This document shows positions 10,659-23,775 of a DNA stretch of 64,000 nt, one piece after another. The notes under the pieces were generated by a model that saw only the letters and a list, made by a program, of their open reading frames with translations, was not told where the DNA came from and did not search any database. Origin of the DNA: Amphiscolops sp. MND2022 (Eukaryota); NCBI GenBank assembly GCA_964187785.1, contig OZ076409.1, positions 14,076,001-14,140,000 of the forward strand, in the 5' to 3' direction. Each line of letters opens with the position of its first letter. Within the stretch, counting starts at the first letter, position 1. The position numbers and the translations under genes were made by a program.

Positions 10659-11368
10659 CTCAGGTGAAAACTCATTCAATTCTGACACCAGAGACTCCTA
10701 GAGATCTTTTAAAGCTATCTATGGAAGGAACCACTTGAGTTCCGCTTTTTACATTGTAATAATCGGAGTTATTTTCTTGTGCCAGAATTTGAGTAGCTGC
10801 AAAACAGATTAATTAGCCCTAATGCTGTGATAGAACTCCGTAGTGGAAGTAATTGAAGGTATAAAATGTTCAAAAACGGAAGATAATACAAATGATAAAC
10901 AAAATTATAAAGGAACCATGTCCAAATCACAGATTACCAATTGGCGGTTCCATACAAATTGGCTCTCTACGAAGCGTCCGAGTTTTACCCCAGACTTGGA
11001 CAAATTGTCTTCATAATTTTGTTTATCATTTGTATTATATTCCGTTTTCGAACATTTTATACCTACATAGTTTTTACTACATAGTTCCATCACAGCATTA
11101 GAGATAATTAGACCTTTTTTAATGCAAACAAAGAAATATCATTTCCATTTGACATTTTTGTGAATGTGAAACTATAAATATTTTTGCAGTTCTACGCTTC
11201 TATTTTTTGGTACTCTCTTATTAGATCCCTTTTTCTCTTTCGCATTTTTTTTCGCTTTTGGAGGTTTAATTCAATCATTTTTTCTTACAAAAATTTACAT
11301 TTTGACGGCTTTTAACTGTTTTAAATCGTTTCACATTGTTCATTTTGTTTTCTAAGTTAATTTCGATC

Positions 11369-11412
11369 CAACCCCCCTCTGATAACAATACAACCCCCCT
11401 CTGATAACAATA
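11369..11412. repeat. Perfect 22-bp tandem duplication
   Basis: CAACCCCCCTCTGATAACAATA x2. Confidence 0.9.
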
Positions 11413-12120
11413 AATTCAAATCTCCGGCTTGAAGTCATTGACTCCGAAGCGATTTTCATTAGTTCTGGAATATCCATGTTAACTACTCAAATAAATCCAG
11501 GATTACAAACGAAATATAATTAATTGGATTTGCTGCAAATTGCGGTTTTAAAGGAAAAATTATCCGGAGCGTGTAAAATCTGGCTCCCGGACTTCGAGTT
11601 GACAGACATAAAGACAATGTCGTTCGGCTGCCCGAGGCCTCTCGGATAAGAGTTTATTTTGATTGAAACAGTGACGTATTTATAACAATGACTGACAAAT
11701 AGTCTTTCAATTCAATTTTATAGTTCAACAACAGCAACTCATGAGTCATAATACCCATTACCTAAAAAATTATCGTCTTGAGAAAGTTCAAAACAGGAAA
11801 ATAGCACCAATCAAGAATGAATTTTTGCTCAAAAAGGCTGATCAATTAGTGATAAAAGTTTGCAGATAAGAATGAGAAAGATTTGGAAATTGTGACAGTT
11901 ATTCAAAACAGGAACAAAAGCTCTTTATACTCTTGAACTGTCCTTTCAAATGTCTTTTTTTATTTTCCAAATTAGCCCAGATGTTTAGATTAATCTTGCA
12001 CTTACTTGCGAATTTGTTGCTTCATTGTTTCCTGTCTTTTTGACATTTTTTTTGTTCCGCATGTGCGCAAATACAACAATTTTCTCTTTTTCTTCCTTAT
12101 TCGTTACCTTTTTCGATTCA

Positions 12121-12548
12121 TTTCTGTCCATCCTTAACACTATTTTTTAAAAACTAGTGGAAATATTAGAAGGAAACGCCTTTAAACCAAATCAGAAACC
12201 TTCAATTTTAAATTTATTATCAGGGTGACAGTTTATGATCTAGATCTACACTTTGTTAACACTATTTGTCTTCATGAAATCACCCATTCATGATTAGGAA
12301 ATCAATAGCTTCATTTTTTGGATCACAAAAAACAACTAATTTTCAACATAATCACAGTCCAAGTGTGTAAAAAATGTTTTGTTCAAACGACAAAAACTGT
12401 TACAATAGAAGTTAACTTCTTGTTATGGAAAACGATTTCTCTTTTAATTATGCCAGTGTGAAACATTTTCGAAAATTTCCTTTGAAACATTTTGATTGTT
12501 GGGTGGGGGGGTTTCGGAAGGATGGGGTATGGTTTAGAAAAAGAGCTG
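12121..12548 (+). mobile_element. ~400-bp MITE family, copy 1 of 3
   Basis: Body (CAGAAACCTTCAAT...GTGACAGTTT...TTTGTT.ACACT...GTTAACTTC) shared with 48512-48898 and, inverted, with 43381-43777. Confidence 0.65.
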
Positions 12549-14066
12549 TTTTTTCTTGTTCCTTGTTTCTTCGATGAACATGATATTTTTTCAACATTTC
12601 CCCAAATTGTAACAACTGTAGTTTTCAAAACTGAACAACAAAAAGCAGCTTTATTGGTTTTATAATCGAAAGAAGGGCGAAAGCTTCATGCTTGAAAACT
12701 GGAGAAATTATGGCTTTAAAGAGAAAAAGTCGAATTTAATCTGCGAAAGCCTTCTGCTTGAAATTTGGAGGCTGTCCGCTCACGGTCAATTTAATCAAAA
12801 TGAAACGCAATTTCATTTCGAATGAAGTAACTTAAAATGGGAATTTTAATATATCTTTGCGTCTTGTAAGAGGCCCAAAATAATCAAGTTTTATTGCCGC
12901 TTAAAAAGAAGTTTCAAACGCTTTTTAACTGTGTCTTCAATTGTTTCGATAGAACTTCGTTTAGAATGGTCAGCAGAATAAAACGATAAAACTGCAACGG
13001 TTGCTAAAATGCCTCTAATTTCAGTCAGGCGCTTTATCCGTCTCCCGCTGACATAGAAAATTGCGATTAAATTTCGTTTATCTGCTCAAATTTCTCAGCA
13101 TGATATACAGTACCTCCAAATGTTTCTAATCTACTAAAATGCGTACATGCTACAATGCGCCGTCTCTGCATTTCTTTTTATTGCCACTCTTGGTCTTAAT
13201 ACCAGCAAATTTTGTAGGAAATTAAGTCTGCCTTTATCTCAGCACACGGTAAACAGTTACCCCTAGAGTTCTATACGCTGGGAAAACATGTTTCAGGAAG
13301 CGACTATTCTTTCATGGGGCTCCTGCCAATTCTAAAGACGACGTCACTAAACCGACCTGTGTGTATGGGCTAATTTAAAAGTCACGTCAATTTTCCTCAA
13401 TACTTTTGTTTCTCCAAATTAAAGAAAAAAGGAAAGTTGGAGGCAATTATGGAGAAATTGAAATGATTGCCATGTTTTTATCAAGGAATTTTTTTTATTG
13501 TATTAGTGATCAAAAAATGTAGATTGAATAACTACCAGAGACGATAAATGACATGAGAAGCAAGATCCTGACAATATCGAATTATTTTTCATACTCAGAC
13601 TTTTCATTTCTTTATTTAGCTGATTTCATCCTATTAGAAAAATGATTCCATGTATATTGGCAATGAAGTCTATATTTTTTTAACCATTGATCTTATTCAC
13701 ATGCAAAAAAGCATCTAAGAAGACATCATACAGCTTATAAGCTGAATACATTCAAAACAAAAGCATGCTTATTTTATTACGGCAACATTCCCCAAGATTC
13801 CCATTAATTCTCGGAAAACGATCAACAAATTTGACGTAGAGTATCAAAAGTAGCATAAATTAGGTGCTTTTTGAAAAAAAATGTCGAGAAAAGTTTTCCT
13901 TGAACATGGTCAACTTCAAACGAAATGCTTGAAAAACTGGAAAACAATTAAAGAATGGCCCTCAAATGTGAAATCAAAGCTTATATGCCGGGTAAGGCTA
14001 GAGACCTATAGGTTGAATTCAGAAGACTTTGAATTCAAGAATTGACAGTGGTGTTTCTGAAAAGAA

Positions 14067-14449
14067 ACAAGCTGGGAACGGCATAAGTCGGCGCCATATC
14101 TAAGGCTCAAAAATAGCAAATGGATCCTTTCGAAATTTTTAATATTTCTGTCGCAAAACATTTTTAAAAAATTGAAAGGGGGACCCTTTGTGAAAGAAAA
14201 TTTTTCGAAAAAAAGTCTCACAATGCCGAAAAAACTGAAAAGAAGGAGCCTTTAGTCTCGCCCGGTATTGTATGTTGCGCTGATAAAAAGTACCAACTCT
14301 TTTGGTTAAGTTCCTTGGGCCAAATGGTCCAATTTGACACCTTAAAGTTTCGTAGAACTTTTAAGAACTATTTTGGTCAGTTTGTGTGGATTAAAAAAAA
14401 GAGTCACTGGTGAAGTCACGTTTCACTTCTTGAAGCGACGACTAAAAAA
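14067..14449 (-). mobile_element. HINE family 1, copy D, complete
   Basis: ACAAG-CTGGGAACGGC hairpin, AGTCGGCGCCATATCTAAGGCTC; ends AGTCACG...GCGACGACTAAAAAA. Confidence 0.85.
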
Positions 14450-15567
14450 CAGTAGGATCATTTCATATTATCTCATAAATAAAGCCTTTCGAGTTCAAAA
14501 TGGTTCCTATAGTTTTAGTGACGAGTTCAAATGATTGCTGCGCAGAAACGGATTTCAATGAATAGAAAAGTGTTTTGAAAATGACGTTTTTCATTGAGAA
14601 CGGATGTTTTGAATAATTTATCAAGAACTTTACGTACTCAATGAATACAGCTCTAAAAATTGTGTTCAGTGCATGATTGGTGATAAAGCAGACCTTTTGA
14701 CAAGCAAGGCTTTCAGTGAATGGCATGTTAATATCTTCAGGCAAAACTGTCTTAAGAACTTCGTTACTCTTTGGGAGTTTGGATTGCGTAACAATAGAGA
14801 ATGCTTCATTTTCAGACATGACTCTTTTCGGGAAAAATTTTATTTTATGAAAAAAAAACTACCAATTGGCCCATTTTGCCTTGAAATAGTAATTTTCCCT
14901 TATTTGTTTTATCTTCACAGCATTTCAAGAATTTTGAAACAAAGAATTGTGCCTGGCATAATTTTGAAAGATGATCATTGATATATAACATTTATCGAAA
15001 CCCATTATAATTATAAAAAGAGGAAAAAACTGTTTGTTGGGCATTTTTTGAAAAATATCAGAAATTGACGAGTCATTGTAATTCAATCATTATATTGATT
15101 AAATTCTACTATACCTCAAGAAGGTATTTTGTGAGCCAGAATAATGTCTCCGTAACCATTTTCATAAATTAGCTCTATCCAGGACAAACAAATCTATAAG
15201 GATTTTATCAGGCTTAAAACGTGGAGCTTCGAGTTTGATAATCTTTTGAAGGATAGATTTGTTGCATGGAAAGGATTTGAAGAAGTCGGAAAGAAAAGCG
15301 AAACAGGATTCTTTCAGATAACTAAATTGGTTTAAAGCCTCCCCATTGGACATCAGTGTTAGCAAAAGTTGCAATTCCGGTTATTTCAGATATCGTCGGT
15401 TCCTGACTGAGCTTTTCAGCTTTTTTTCACGGAATTTTCAGCATTTTGATTGAAATTAATGCGTTGTATTGTTCAATTTTATAATTCTAGCCATTTCTCA
15501 TTATGATGGAAAAACAAGTCTTATAAAATTAACTTTCTTAAAATGATAAAAGAACAAAAGTGCACGA

Positions 15568-15672
15568 ATTAAAAAAATGCTGTTTCAAAACAACCTGGTA
15601 TAAAATCTTAGAACGTTATCATAATGTTCTAAGATTTTATACCAGGTTGTTTTGAAACAGCGCTTTTTTAAT
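15568..15672. repeat. 105-bp palindrome with 1-nt loop
   Basis: Symmetric about C15620; 52-bp arms with 3 mismatches. Confidence 0.9.
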
Positions 15673-15778
15673 GATTACGCTTTCGACTTATGCCATTCTT
15701 GATATTTCAGCTGATGAACGTTACTCTTACCAATAGGTATGAAGTCTCTTCGAGAACTCTCTTTGAATTCCGTGCCAA

Positions 15779-16143
15779 TTTTTAGTCGGCACTTTTTCGT
15801 AGAAAAACGCAGACTATAGTAGAGACTTTTTTTTTCTTTTTTTAAGACCAACGAAGTGACAGATTTTATAAGCTTTATAAGCTGACTTGCACTAACACTA
15901 ACTGCCACACTACTTCTACTGGCACTTGAGATAGAGGTTAATTAGGCATTTTTGAGGTCCACTTTTACATTTTTCGGCACTATGCGACTTACCGGGGACC
16001 AAAAAAATTGAAGAAAAATTCGATTTTTTTTTCAATTTTTTCCTCCTGCGGGTACTGTAGAAGAGAATACTTGACATTTTGAAGTCCTTTTGCTATTTTT
16101 GAGCCTTAGATATGGCGCCGACTTGGGCCGTTGTCGGCTTGTT
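15779..16143 (+). mobile_element. HINE family 1, copy E, complete
   Basis: TTTTTAGTCGGCAC...CAGACTA 5' end; GAGCCTTAGATATGGCGCCGACT-TGG-GCCGTTGTCGGC-TTGTT 3' end. Confidence 0.85.
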
Positions 16144-18256
16144 TCAATTTCCGGGGTTATAACTTTGCATTAATACCAACCCTTGTTGAAACTTCTTAAA
16201 CTTTTTGCATGTACTTTAATGTTGCCAGCAACTTTTATTATGATTTTCTAAAACTCTTACGGAAACTTTAATGAGAAAATATTTACCTGTTGTATTCGAC
16301 TTTTATCAAGCTGCTTGGAAGATTCATCAATGTTTTGGCGGCAATTTTACGCCTTGAAGTTTTGCAGGTTTCATTAAGAAGCAGTTCTAATTTTAAAAGC
16401 AAATAAATTGCTCTCAGTTTAACAGCCATTTTAATGCAAAATTACTTCAGTCACCTAATAAACTGCAATATACTGTCATGTTTAGCGTCCTATTTGAGAC
16501 GCGGTGATCACATCAGATGAGTAGTTGAGAAAGCAAATTGTAAATACAATAAGGTCGTGTCGGTGATGATGTTGTATCTATTTTCAAATTTAATAGCAGT
16601 AGTGGAAAATGCAGTGTAATTCTACAAGATTTACCACCTGAATTACCCTGAATTTTCTAGGTTTTATAAACAATTACCCTGCATGCAGGCCTGCAGCATG
16701 TAAAAAGTTCCTGCAGTCTCAACTAGGGAAGCTTCAACGCCACGTGCGATTCCATGCAATCATATGCAGGGAACAATATGGTTCAAAACAATAAGTTCGC
16801 GCAGTTTTCATACGCGGAATCGTATGGAACCATATGATTCCATGCATTAAAATCATGGGTGCCATGGTTCTATGCATGGAATCGCATGAACTTGTGTTGA
16901 TCATATGGTCCTATCTATGGAATTGCATGGAAACCTCATGAATTCATATCCGGGTAAAGACGAGATTTATACTTCTGTGTTAACGTGGGAATTTCTCTCC
17001 GAGTGTAGTTTTGAATATATTTTGGGAATATTTGAACAAAATTTTGGGCCTATATAAAGACAATCTTGTTCGATTTCAGGCATGTTTCATAAAATTCGCC
17101 TTAATACTTTAGCTTCAACTTCTCTATTTTGCCCAATGGCCAGAATAAAAAAGATAAATTAGGAAAAATAGAAGAATTGACGAGATTTAAGACTAGATGG
17201 AACATCTCAGTAACCGGTCGCATTAACGGATATTTGCTTTTCTTTATTGTCAGTTAATTGAATTAAGCGTTTCCTGGATGGAGGCGATAGTAATGCAAAA
17301 GCATTAAAATTGATGGAATTGGCAGCTTCATTTGGCAGTGGTTAGATGACCGGAAATTATCTCCGAGGGATTTCTTTCAGAAGACTTACTTATCAGCTAA
17401 CTAGTCTTGAGTTGAATTGCAAAAGAAACTTTCACATCCGTAGTAAACCGCATTTTGATATAGGCTACGCCTACCATTGAGCCGAAAGTAGAAATAAAAA
17501 CAAAAACTCAACTCAACACAAGCCAGTATTTTGTATTGAATTTTAACATAAATTGGATCATTCAGTGATTTAAAAACGTTATTAGCTGAGTTTTGAGAGT
17601 TTGTGACATAGTTGGTTAATCGGAAGAGACAAAACTGTAACCTTCCAGACGTACTGTTTTCCATTTTCGACTGGAAAGACACAAAAAAGTCTAAAATCTG
17701 CTTGTTGAATAAAATGTGGAGATCTATCTTTACAAGAGGGAGTGTACTTAAACTAAACTTGAACTTAGAGTAATACTAAATTTCAAAACTACATAAGATA
17801 AAAAGAGGAGACAAAAAAGCTACTAAAATATAAAAATTTCAGAAGTGTTCGCTTCCTATTTCAAATGATTTTTTACTTAGCATCTTTGAGCAAAAAAAGT
17901 TGATTCATTTTGCTTTTCATTTTTTCATGACATTGCTCGTTACTTACCACTTTTTGCGGTATCGTGTTCCACAAGGGCACTACTCTTTGTAAGGGATGGT
18001 TTCCCAAAACCTCAGGTTCTCTGAAGATGACGTACACAAAGTTACATGTCCTTTCTTTTACTTTGAGTTTGGCCGTAGGTATTTACAACATAGAGAAACT
18101 TGTGGAAGGTCGTATTTTCCTTTCTAGGAATAATGGTTTCAACATCTAGGAACTATCGAACACGGAAAATTTGAAAAATAATTTTATGGTCTTCAGTTGG
18201 TTACTTTTTCAGTCGAACTGAAGTTCTAATCACATTCAGCTGTTTTTCTGGAATTG

Positions 18257-18550
18257 TGATCACATTTTAGGAGATCCTGTTCAACTGTACAGATGAAAAT
18301 TGTAGATGGATGACTCGTTACTAAAGAATGCAGCAGTAATTTCAGAAGGAAAAAAGAACGAATTGCATTGAATGTTCTGATAACATGCCATATTCTGTGA
18401 ATTAATTCACAGAATATGGCATGTTATCAGAACATTCAATGCAATTCGTTCTTTTTTCCTTCTGCAATTACTGCTGCATTCTTTAGTAACGAGTCATCCA
18501 TCTACAATTTTCATCTGTACAGTTGAACAGGATATCCTAAAATGTGATCA
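18257..18550. repeat. 294-bp spacerless palindrome
   Basis: Centre GAATT|AATTC at 18403/18404; 147-bp arms with 2 mismatches. Confidence 0.95.
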
Positions 18551-20126
18551 AGTAATTGTGTAAAATGTGATCAAGTGATGTAATTACTCTGTTTCCTGTT
18601 GGTATTATAAGTATTGGTCCAAGTGGACTCCGAGTTTTGAGACTCATTCCTTTACTTATTATTTTTCCTAATATTATTGTTCCTGACAATATGTTCTCTC
18701 TTCTTGTGATTTTTGGTTCAGGATAGTTCCCAAAACGCACTGAATTCAGTTTCGTCAGCGTTCAAGTTAAAGCAATGATTATCGAAGAAAAAATAACTTC
18801 TCAATAATTTTTTGTAAAATTTATGTCTCTTTTTCAAGTTATTTTTCGGCCATAAAAATGAATGACATTGGCGGAGTTGACGTTTGGATTTTTTGTTCCA
18901 TGCTGTTAAGTAGATAATACAACGTAAAGTTTCCAGGACCGTGCACTGCAGTTTTTTGATGTGGAACACTTTGATATAAATATGGCCATTCGGAAAAAAC
19001 TGTAGGTAAAATGACTTTCCATTTCAGTCAGGTAACTTTCAATAAAAGAACTAGCGATGTGTTTGAATATGTAGTTTTGGGTTAGTAAGCTTCCATGAGA
19101 AATGGATTTCAAATTTCCTAAAGGTTCCTTTTTATTTTTGTTGACGTAGTTTTTTCAATCTTTATGATCCTTGATTATATGCAAAAAACAACCATGCTTT
19201 ATGAGCTTCAATGGGTTGAGACAGTGAAATATACTTGGCTTGATTTCGGTTACCAAGCACTTATAATGAAATTCAGCTGGTTTCTCGAGGAATTTTGTAT
19301 TTTTCGAAAATTCCCTCTTACATGGCTGATAATTCGGTGTTGCTAAAAAGTGTACCCATGTCTTTCCATATTCTACATAAAGTTTTCACATTCCAGATGA
19401 CCTTCAAGACATTTGTGCGATGGGTTCATAAATATTTATTAGCCGTGTTCTAATAAATTTTTCTGCTCTTCTTCTTCCGAGTGATTAATTCAATTCTATG
19501 CCTGTCTGTTCAAAGGAATATGAAAACTTTCAGAACAATTCTCCAAGTTTCTTACATGTCCCAGTTTGAAGTTACTATTGACGAAATTAATAGCGAGCAT
19601 TGAGCTCCTTCAATATTCCTTTGATTTAATTTGCGCAAATTCCGTTTCTGAAATGTTCAACATCATGTAAGGTTTGAAAAGAAAATAATTCATAGCCTAA
19701 AAGATTTTTGTAGTACCCTCGAACTCAGAGCACTTAAAAACGATGAAGAACGCCTTCTTTTTTCTTTCTTCAACGGAATCTTTTACAACTTGAGTTACCC
19801 TATCACTTGGAAAAAGATACCAGCAAAAAAACTTCCATGATCTGAGAATATTTTTTTGAAAAAACTTACTGCAAAAATGGCTGGTGTAGTAACTTCAGTG
19901 CGTGTATTTACCGGGCATCGCATCTCCGATGGTTCTTTAAACCTTTTTCCGTAACTCATTCAATTTTTGTGAGATTTTGAATTTCATGCATGGATCCTGC
20001 ATGGCACATGCATGGATCATGCGATTCGATGCGAAAAACAGCATGTCCATATACATGAACCATGCATGGAATTCACATGGACCATGCATGCAAGCACATG
20101 GTTTGCCAACACGTGTTGTTTTTCAG

Positions 20127-20349
20127 GTTCCGCTACAACTACACCATAGTGGAGGAAACGGAGCCGACTATCTTGGACACGATAAGGGTGGAGGACGAAG
20201 ATTATGGACTCAACAGCACAGTGCGGTTCACGATTCACTCGCAGCAACACGAGAAGTGGTTCCACATTGACCCAGTCACTGGCGTCTTCAAGACTCTCCA
20301 GAAACTGGACCGAGAACTCATCGGCTCTTCAGTTAATGTCACCATCAGA
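20127..20349 (+). CDS. Cadherin-superfamily gene, internal exon a (cadherin repeat)
   Basis: TTTCAG acceptor, GTAAGC donor; YTIVEE, EDEDYGLNS, FHIDPVTG and LDRE motifs; starts in phase 2, so upstream exons exist but were not located. Confidence 0.92.
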
Positions 20350-22185
20350 GTAAGCTCTCTCACACATTGTTGCTTTTAAAAACATGAAAGATTCTTGCAA
20401 GAATCTGTCAAGATGTATGCAGGAAACGTATTAGTTTGCACATCTTGGATAATATTCAACAGACATGCAGTTTTAGGATATTCGAATTTGTGAACGGTGA
20501 AATAAGTTGATCTTTTCACTCCACTAAACCATTTTGTGACCTTAGATTTTCTCAACTTTTTGGACCTGTGCTGAGACCCCATGGCAATTTCGTCACTGGT
20601 TATGTCTGGTCCATCGATGATAAAGAACTCTTTTACATCTGGCTAAATCTGGACTACCCCTGGTCAGAAATGGAAACAAAATTTTTTTGAAACAAAAAAT
20701 TTATAATTTTTGAAAAAAAACAACGCCGAAATTTACAACGGCTACTTGGAATGCATCGATGCCCCTGACGTTTGACCTTATTAAAATAGGGAGATAAGTA
20801 AAAGTAACTTTTTCAAGTGTTTTGTTATATGTTGGAAGACTTACCGAAAGTATTGAATACCCGTTTTGTACGATATTGGAAGTTGCTTGGCTCCGCATGA
20901 TTTGATTCCAAAAATTCTTCAATCTAAATCTCTGCCTGTTATTAATACAGCTGCAATTGTACTTTCATGATTGAATAATCCACAATCCAATGAATTTATT
21001 GTTCCGTGTGCCGCCTCAGGACGTTTAGGTTTATATTATTTTTCCAAAGCTTGTTGAAATCTCAACTTCAATTTTGTAGTAAGTTGCAATTACTCCAGGG
21101 TTGAAATTAGGGCTAGAACCAACATATGGAGTTATTTGAGTGGGAATTCAATTTGTTTTGAACCCAGCTGTGATTACCCAGAATTGTTTTGTCGGAGTTG
21201 CCAAAATCGATAGTCTGAATCAAACCCGGTTAATGGAAATCGCTGGAAAGAAAACAAAGTAGAACTTGATTCTATAAATAGAGTGAAACTAAGTGATGAC
21301 ATGTTTGCCTTCTTGTAACTCGTACTAAAGATAACATGAAACCAATGAAGTGACGTCGATAAATTTACTGTTCTGAGAAACACAACTTTTTGAGCAGCAA
21401 AGAGAAATTCCACTTTACTTAAATATGATAGAAAACACGGGATACGCGATATGCTTTTCTCAAACACAAGCAAGCTAGCGGGCTTCGGTTTCAAACATTG
21501 AAGTTTGAAACTGACATTCAAAAACAGATATTTTGATCTATTAACGGGAAACAACAGTTCACGTCGGCGCCACTGTTCAATACTTACAAAACGTAAAAGT
21601 GCTTTAAATTGAGTCAGGACCCGTTTTAGGGAATTTGAAAGCAGGGAAATTTTGAGATCTCTTCTCTGCCACTTAGATCCGAAAACAGGGAAAAAACAGA
21701 AGGGGGAATTTTGGAATTAAAATTGTTTTGAAAAATAAATGACAGAAAAGCAGTTTCATCGCTTCGAGTTTCGTCAAAACGACGAGAAAACACATGTAAT
21801 GTCAAAGACGATCTTTTGATTGAGACTTTGAAAAATTTTATGTTTTTTTCTGACGATACGTGACGTACAACAAATAATCTCAAAGTCTGCTATTTTTGTT
21901 CACAAAAATTTGGTACCCAAAACGACAGCTTAAATTTTCAACATATGTTTGACGTTAGCTAAAATGTTCAAGCCAATTCCTTTTTTAATGAACTCAATTT
22001 AAATGTGCCCAACTATAGAATCTTGTCGTATTTTGATTTTCTCCCAATCCACCGGAACTGACAACTTTAAATTTTTCGGTACAATTAACGATCATTTATA
22101 CACGATGCAGATGCACAGTCTGAAAACACGTGGACAACCCTATAGACCATTCACAACACACGAGTCAATCCACTGAACATTTCAG

Positions 22186-22580
22186 GCTTACGATTTGGGC
22201 AAACCAGCCAAGTTTGAGTACAAAGTCTTCGAAATCTCCATCATTGATATTGATGACAATGCGCCTAAATTCAACCAATCAAGCTACACCTTCAAAGTGC
22301 TCGAAGGTCAAGGGGTCGGCAAAGAGGTCGGCAGGGTCGAGGCAGTTGACCCCGATGTCAACAGCTGTGTGACCTATCAGTCATCAACTAGTGAGCCCTA
22401 CAGTGAAATATTCGAAGTGGACCCTTACACGGGAATCATTTCGACAAAAAAGGATTTCGATTTCGAAACTGAGATTCAGAAGGAGTTCTATTTCGAAGTG
22501 TACGCCAGTTCATGTGAAAGCCCCCAGAAAATGGATTTCGTTAGGGCTAACATACAGCTCATCGACGACAACGACAATAG
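22186..22580 (+). CDS. Cadherin-superfamily gene, exon b
   Basis: TTTCAG acceptor, AG|GTATAC donor; AYDLGKP, IDIDDNAPKF, VLEG, AVDPD, VDPYTG, FDFE, IDDNDN; phase 0 to phase 2. Confidence 0.93.
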
Positions 22581-22795
22581 GTATACGCATGATTGAACTT
22601 TTCGAGCCCAAAATTTTTCAAAAAAAAAAACTGGACAAAGTTCAGTATGTATACTCTAGTTTGGTCATTATGTTCAGTAGGTTCCTTGAAGTTCAGTATG
22701 CATACTTCGCTGTTTCCTTAAAAACCGAAAATTAGGGAAATTGCGTCAAGTTGAAAAAGAGCTGTTTCGCCTATGTTCATAACGTGTTGTTTCAG

Positions 22796-23177
22796 CCCTA
22801 AAATCGTGAAACCGATGGACGGCGAAGAGTTTTCTATTCCCTGGGACGCGGAACCTTCGTTCGTAGTCACCGAAATAGTCGCAATAGACGCCGACTCAGG
22901 TCGCAACCAAAAACTCACATATCATATCAGTGACGCGAAAAAGCTCTTTGGCGTTGACTCAATAAAAGGCGTCATCTTTGTGCGTGACCGGGACATCTTC
23001 AAGTTCAAGGACAAGAGATTCCCTATCGAGGTGAGGGTGTCAGACAACGGGCTGTCAACCAATCACGTGGTTCAGCAGAATTTCATCTACTTCGACGGAA
23101 ACGTCACCCTCTACAATCATACGGCTCCCGGGCCCCCTGATCTTTTCGACATTGATGCCCAAATGCCCCGAATAATG
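22796..23177 (+). CDS. Cadherin-superfamily gene, exon c (membrane-proximal repeat)
   Basis: TTTCAG acceptor, ATG|GTTAGT donor; the splice completes DNDNSP; AIDADSGRN and VSDNG motifs; phase 2 to phase 0. Confidence 0.92.
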
Positions 23178-23775
23178 GTTAGTTTGATGATTAAATTTTT
23201 AAAACTTTTTTTGAGCTTTTTACCTGAAGGAGGAAGAGAAAGAAAGTTTATTCCCGCAATTCCGTGGGGTGGACGCCGAACATGCAGTTCTGCTTTTCTA
23301 AGTGGGCGCTATTTCGTATACTATTTCCTCATGGCGAGCTGTGGTTTTCATATTATATCATATTTGCAACCAAGTGGTCAGCTTGAAACTGTGGCTCAAG
23401 GTCACAAAGGCCTGACTGCTCACCGTTGTTCTTTTTGTTTTGCTTTTCTCCGCCGACTACGTTATTTTTTTGTCACTGGGCATGCCACTAAGATAGGGAC
23501 GAAGAACTTGTTCAAAGCAATGGTAAGTTGCGAGGGATTCGATACTGCTACAACTAAAAGACTTAAATTACCACAGTACAAGTTGCCCCAATACAAACCG
23601 AGTACTCTAACCACTGCACCATGCTCGAATTTTCATCATTTTCAAACAAAAAGCCGTGGCTTTTAAGTTGATATTTCGAGCGGCTTCACGGCTTTTATTG
23701 GAGCACGGACTTCATTAGTGTTGCAGCTACTGTTTCGGTTTCATGTCATTAGGAAAAGTGATAACACCACAGTAA

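Noticed and set aside
16670..16960. CATG-rich stretch (similar ones at ~19980-20100 and ~25600-25650) and the His/Met-rich ORFs they produce
   Set aside because: Low-complexity, probably MITE interiors; termini could not be defined and the ORFs are compositional artefacts.
23178..23666. C-terminal half of the 297-aa ORF 22773-23666
   Set aside because: Cadherin similarity stops at the GTTAGT donor (23178); the remainder overlaps a dispersed repeat and is intron read-through.
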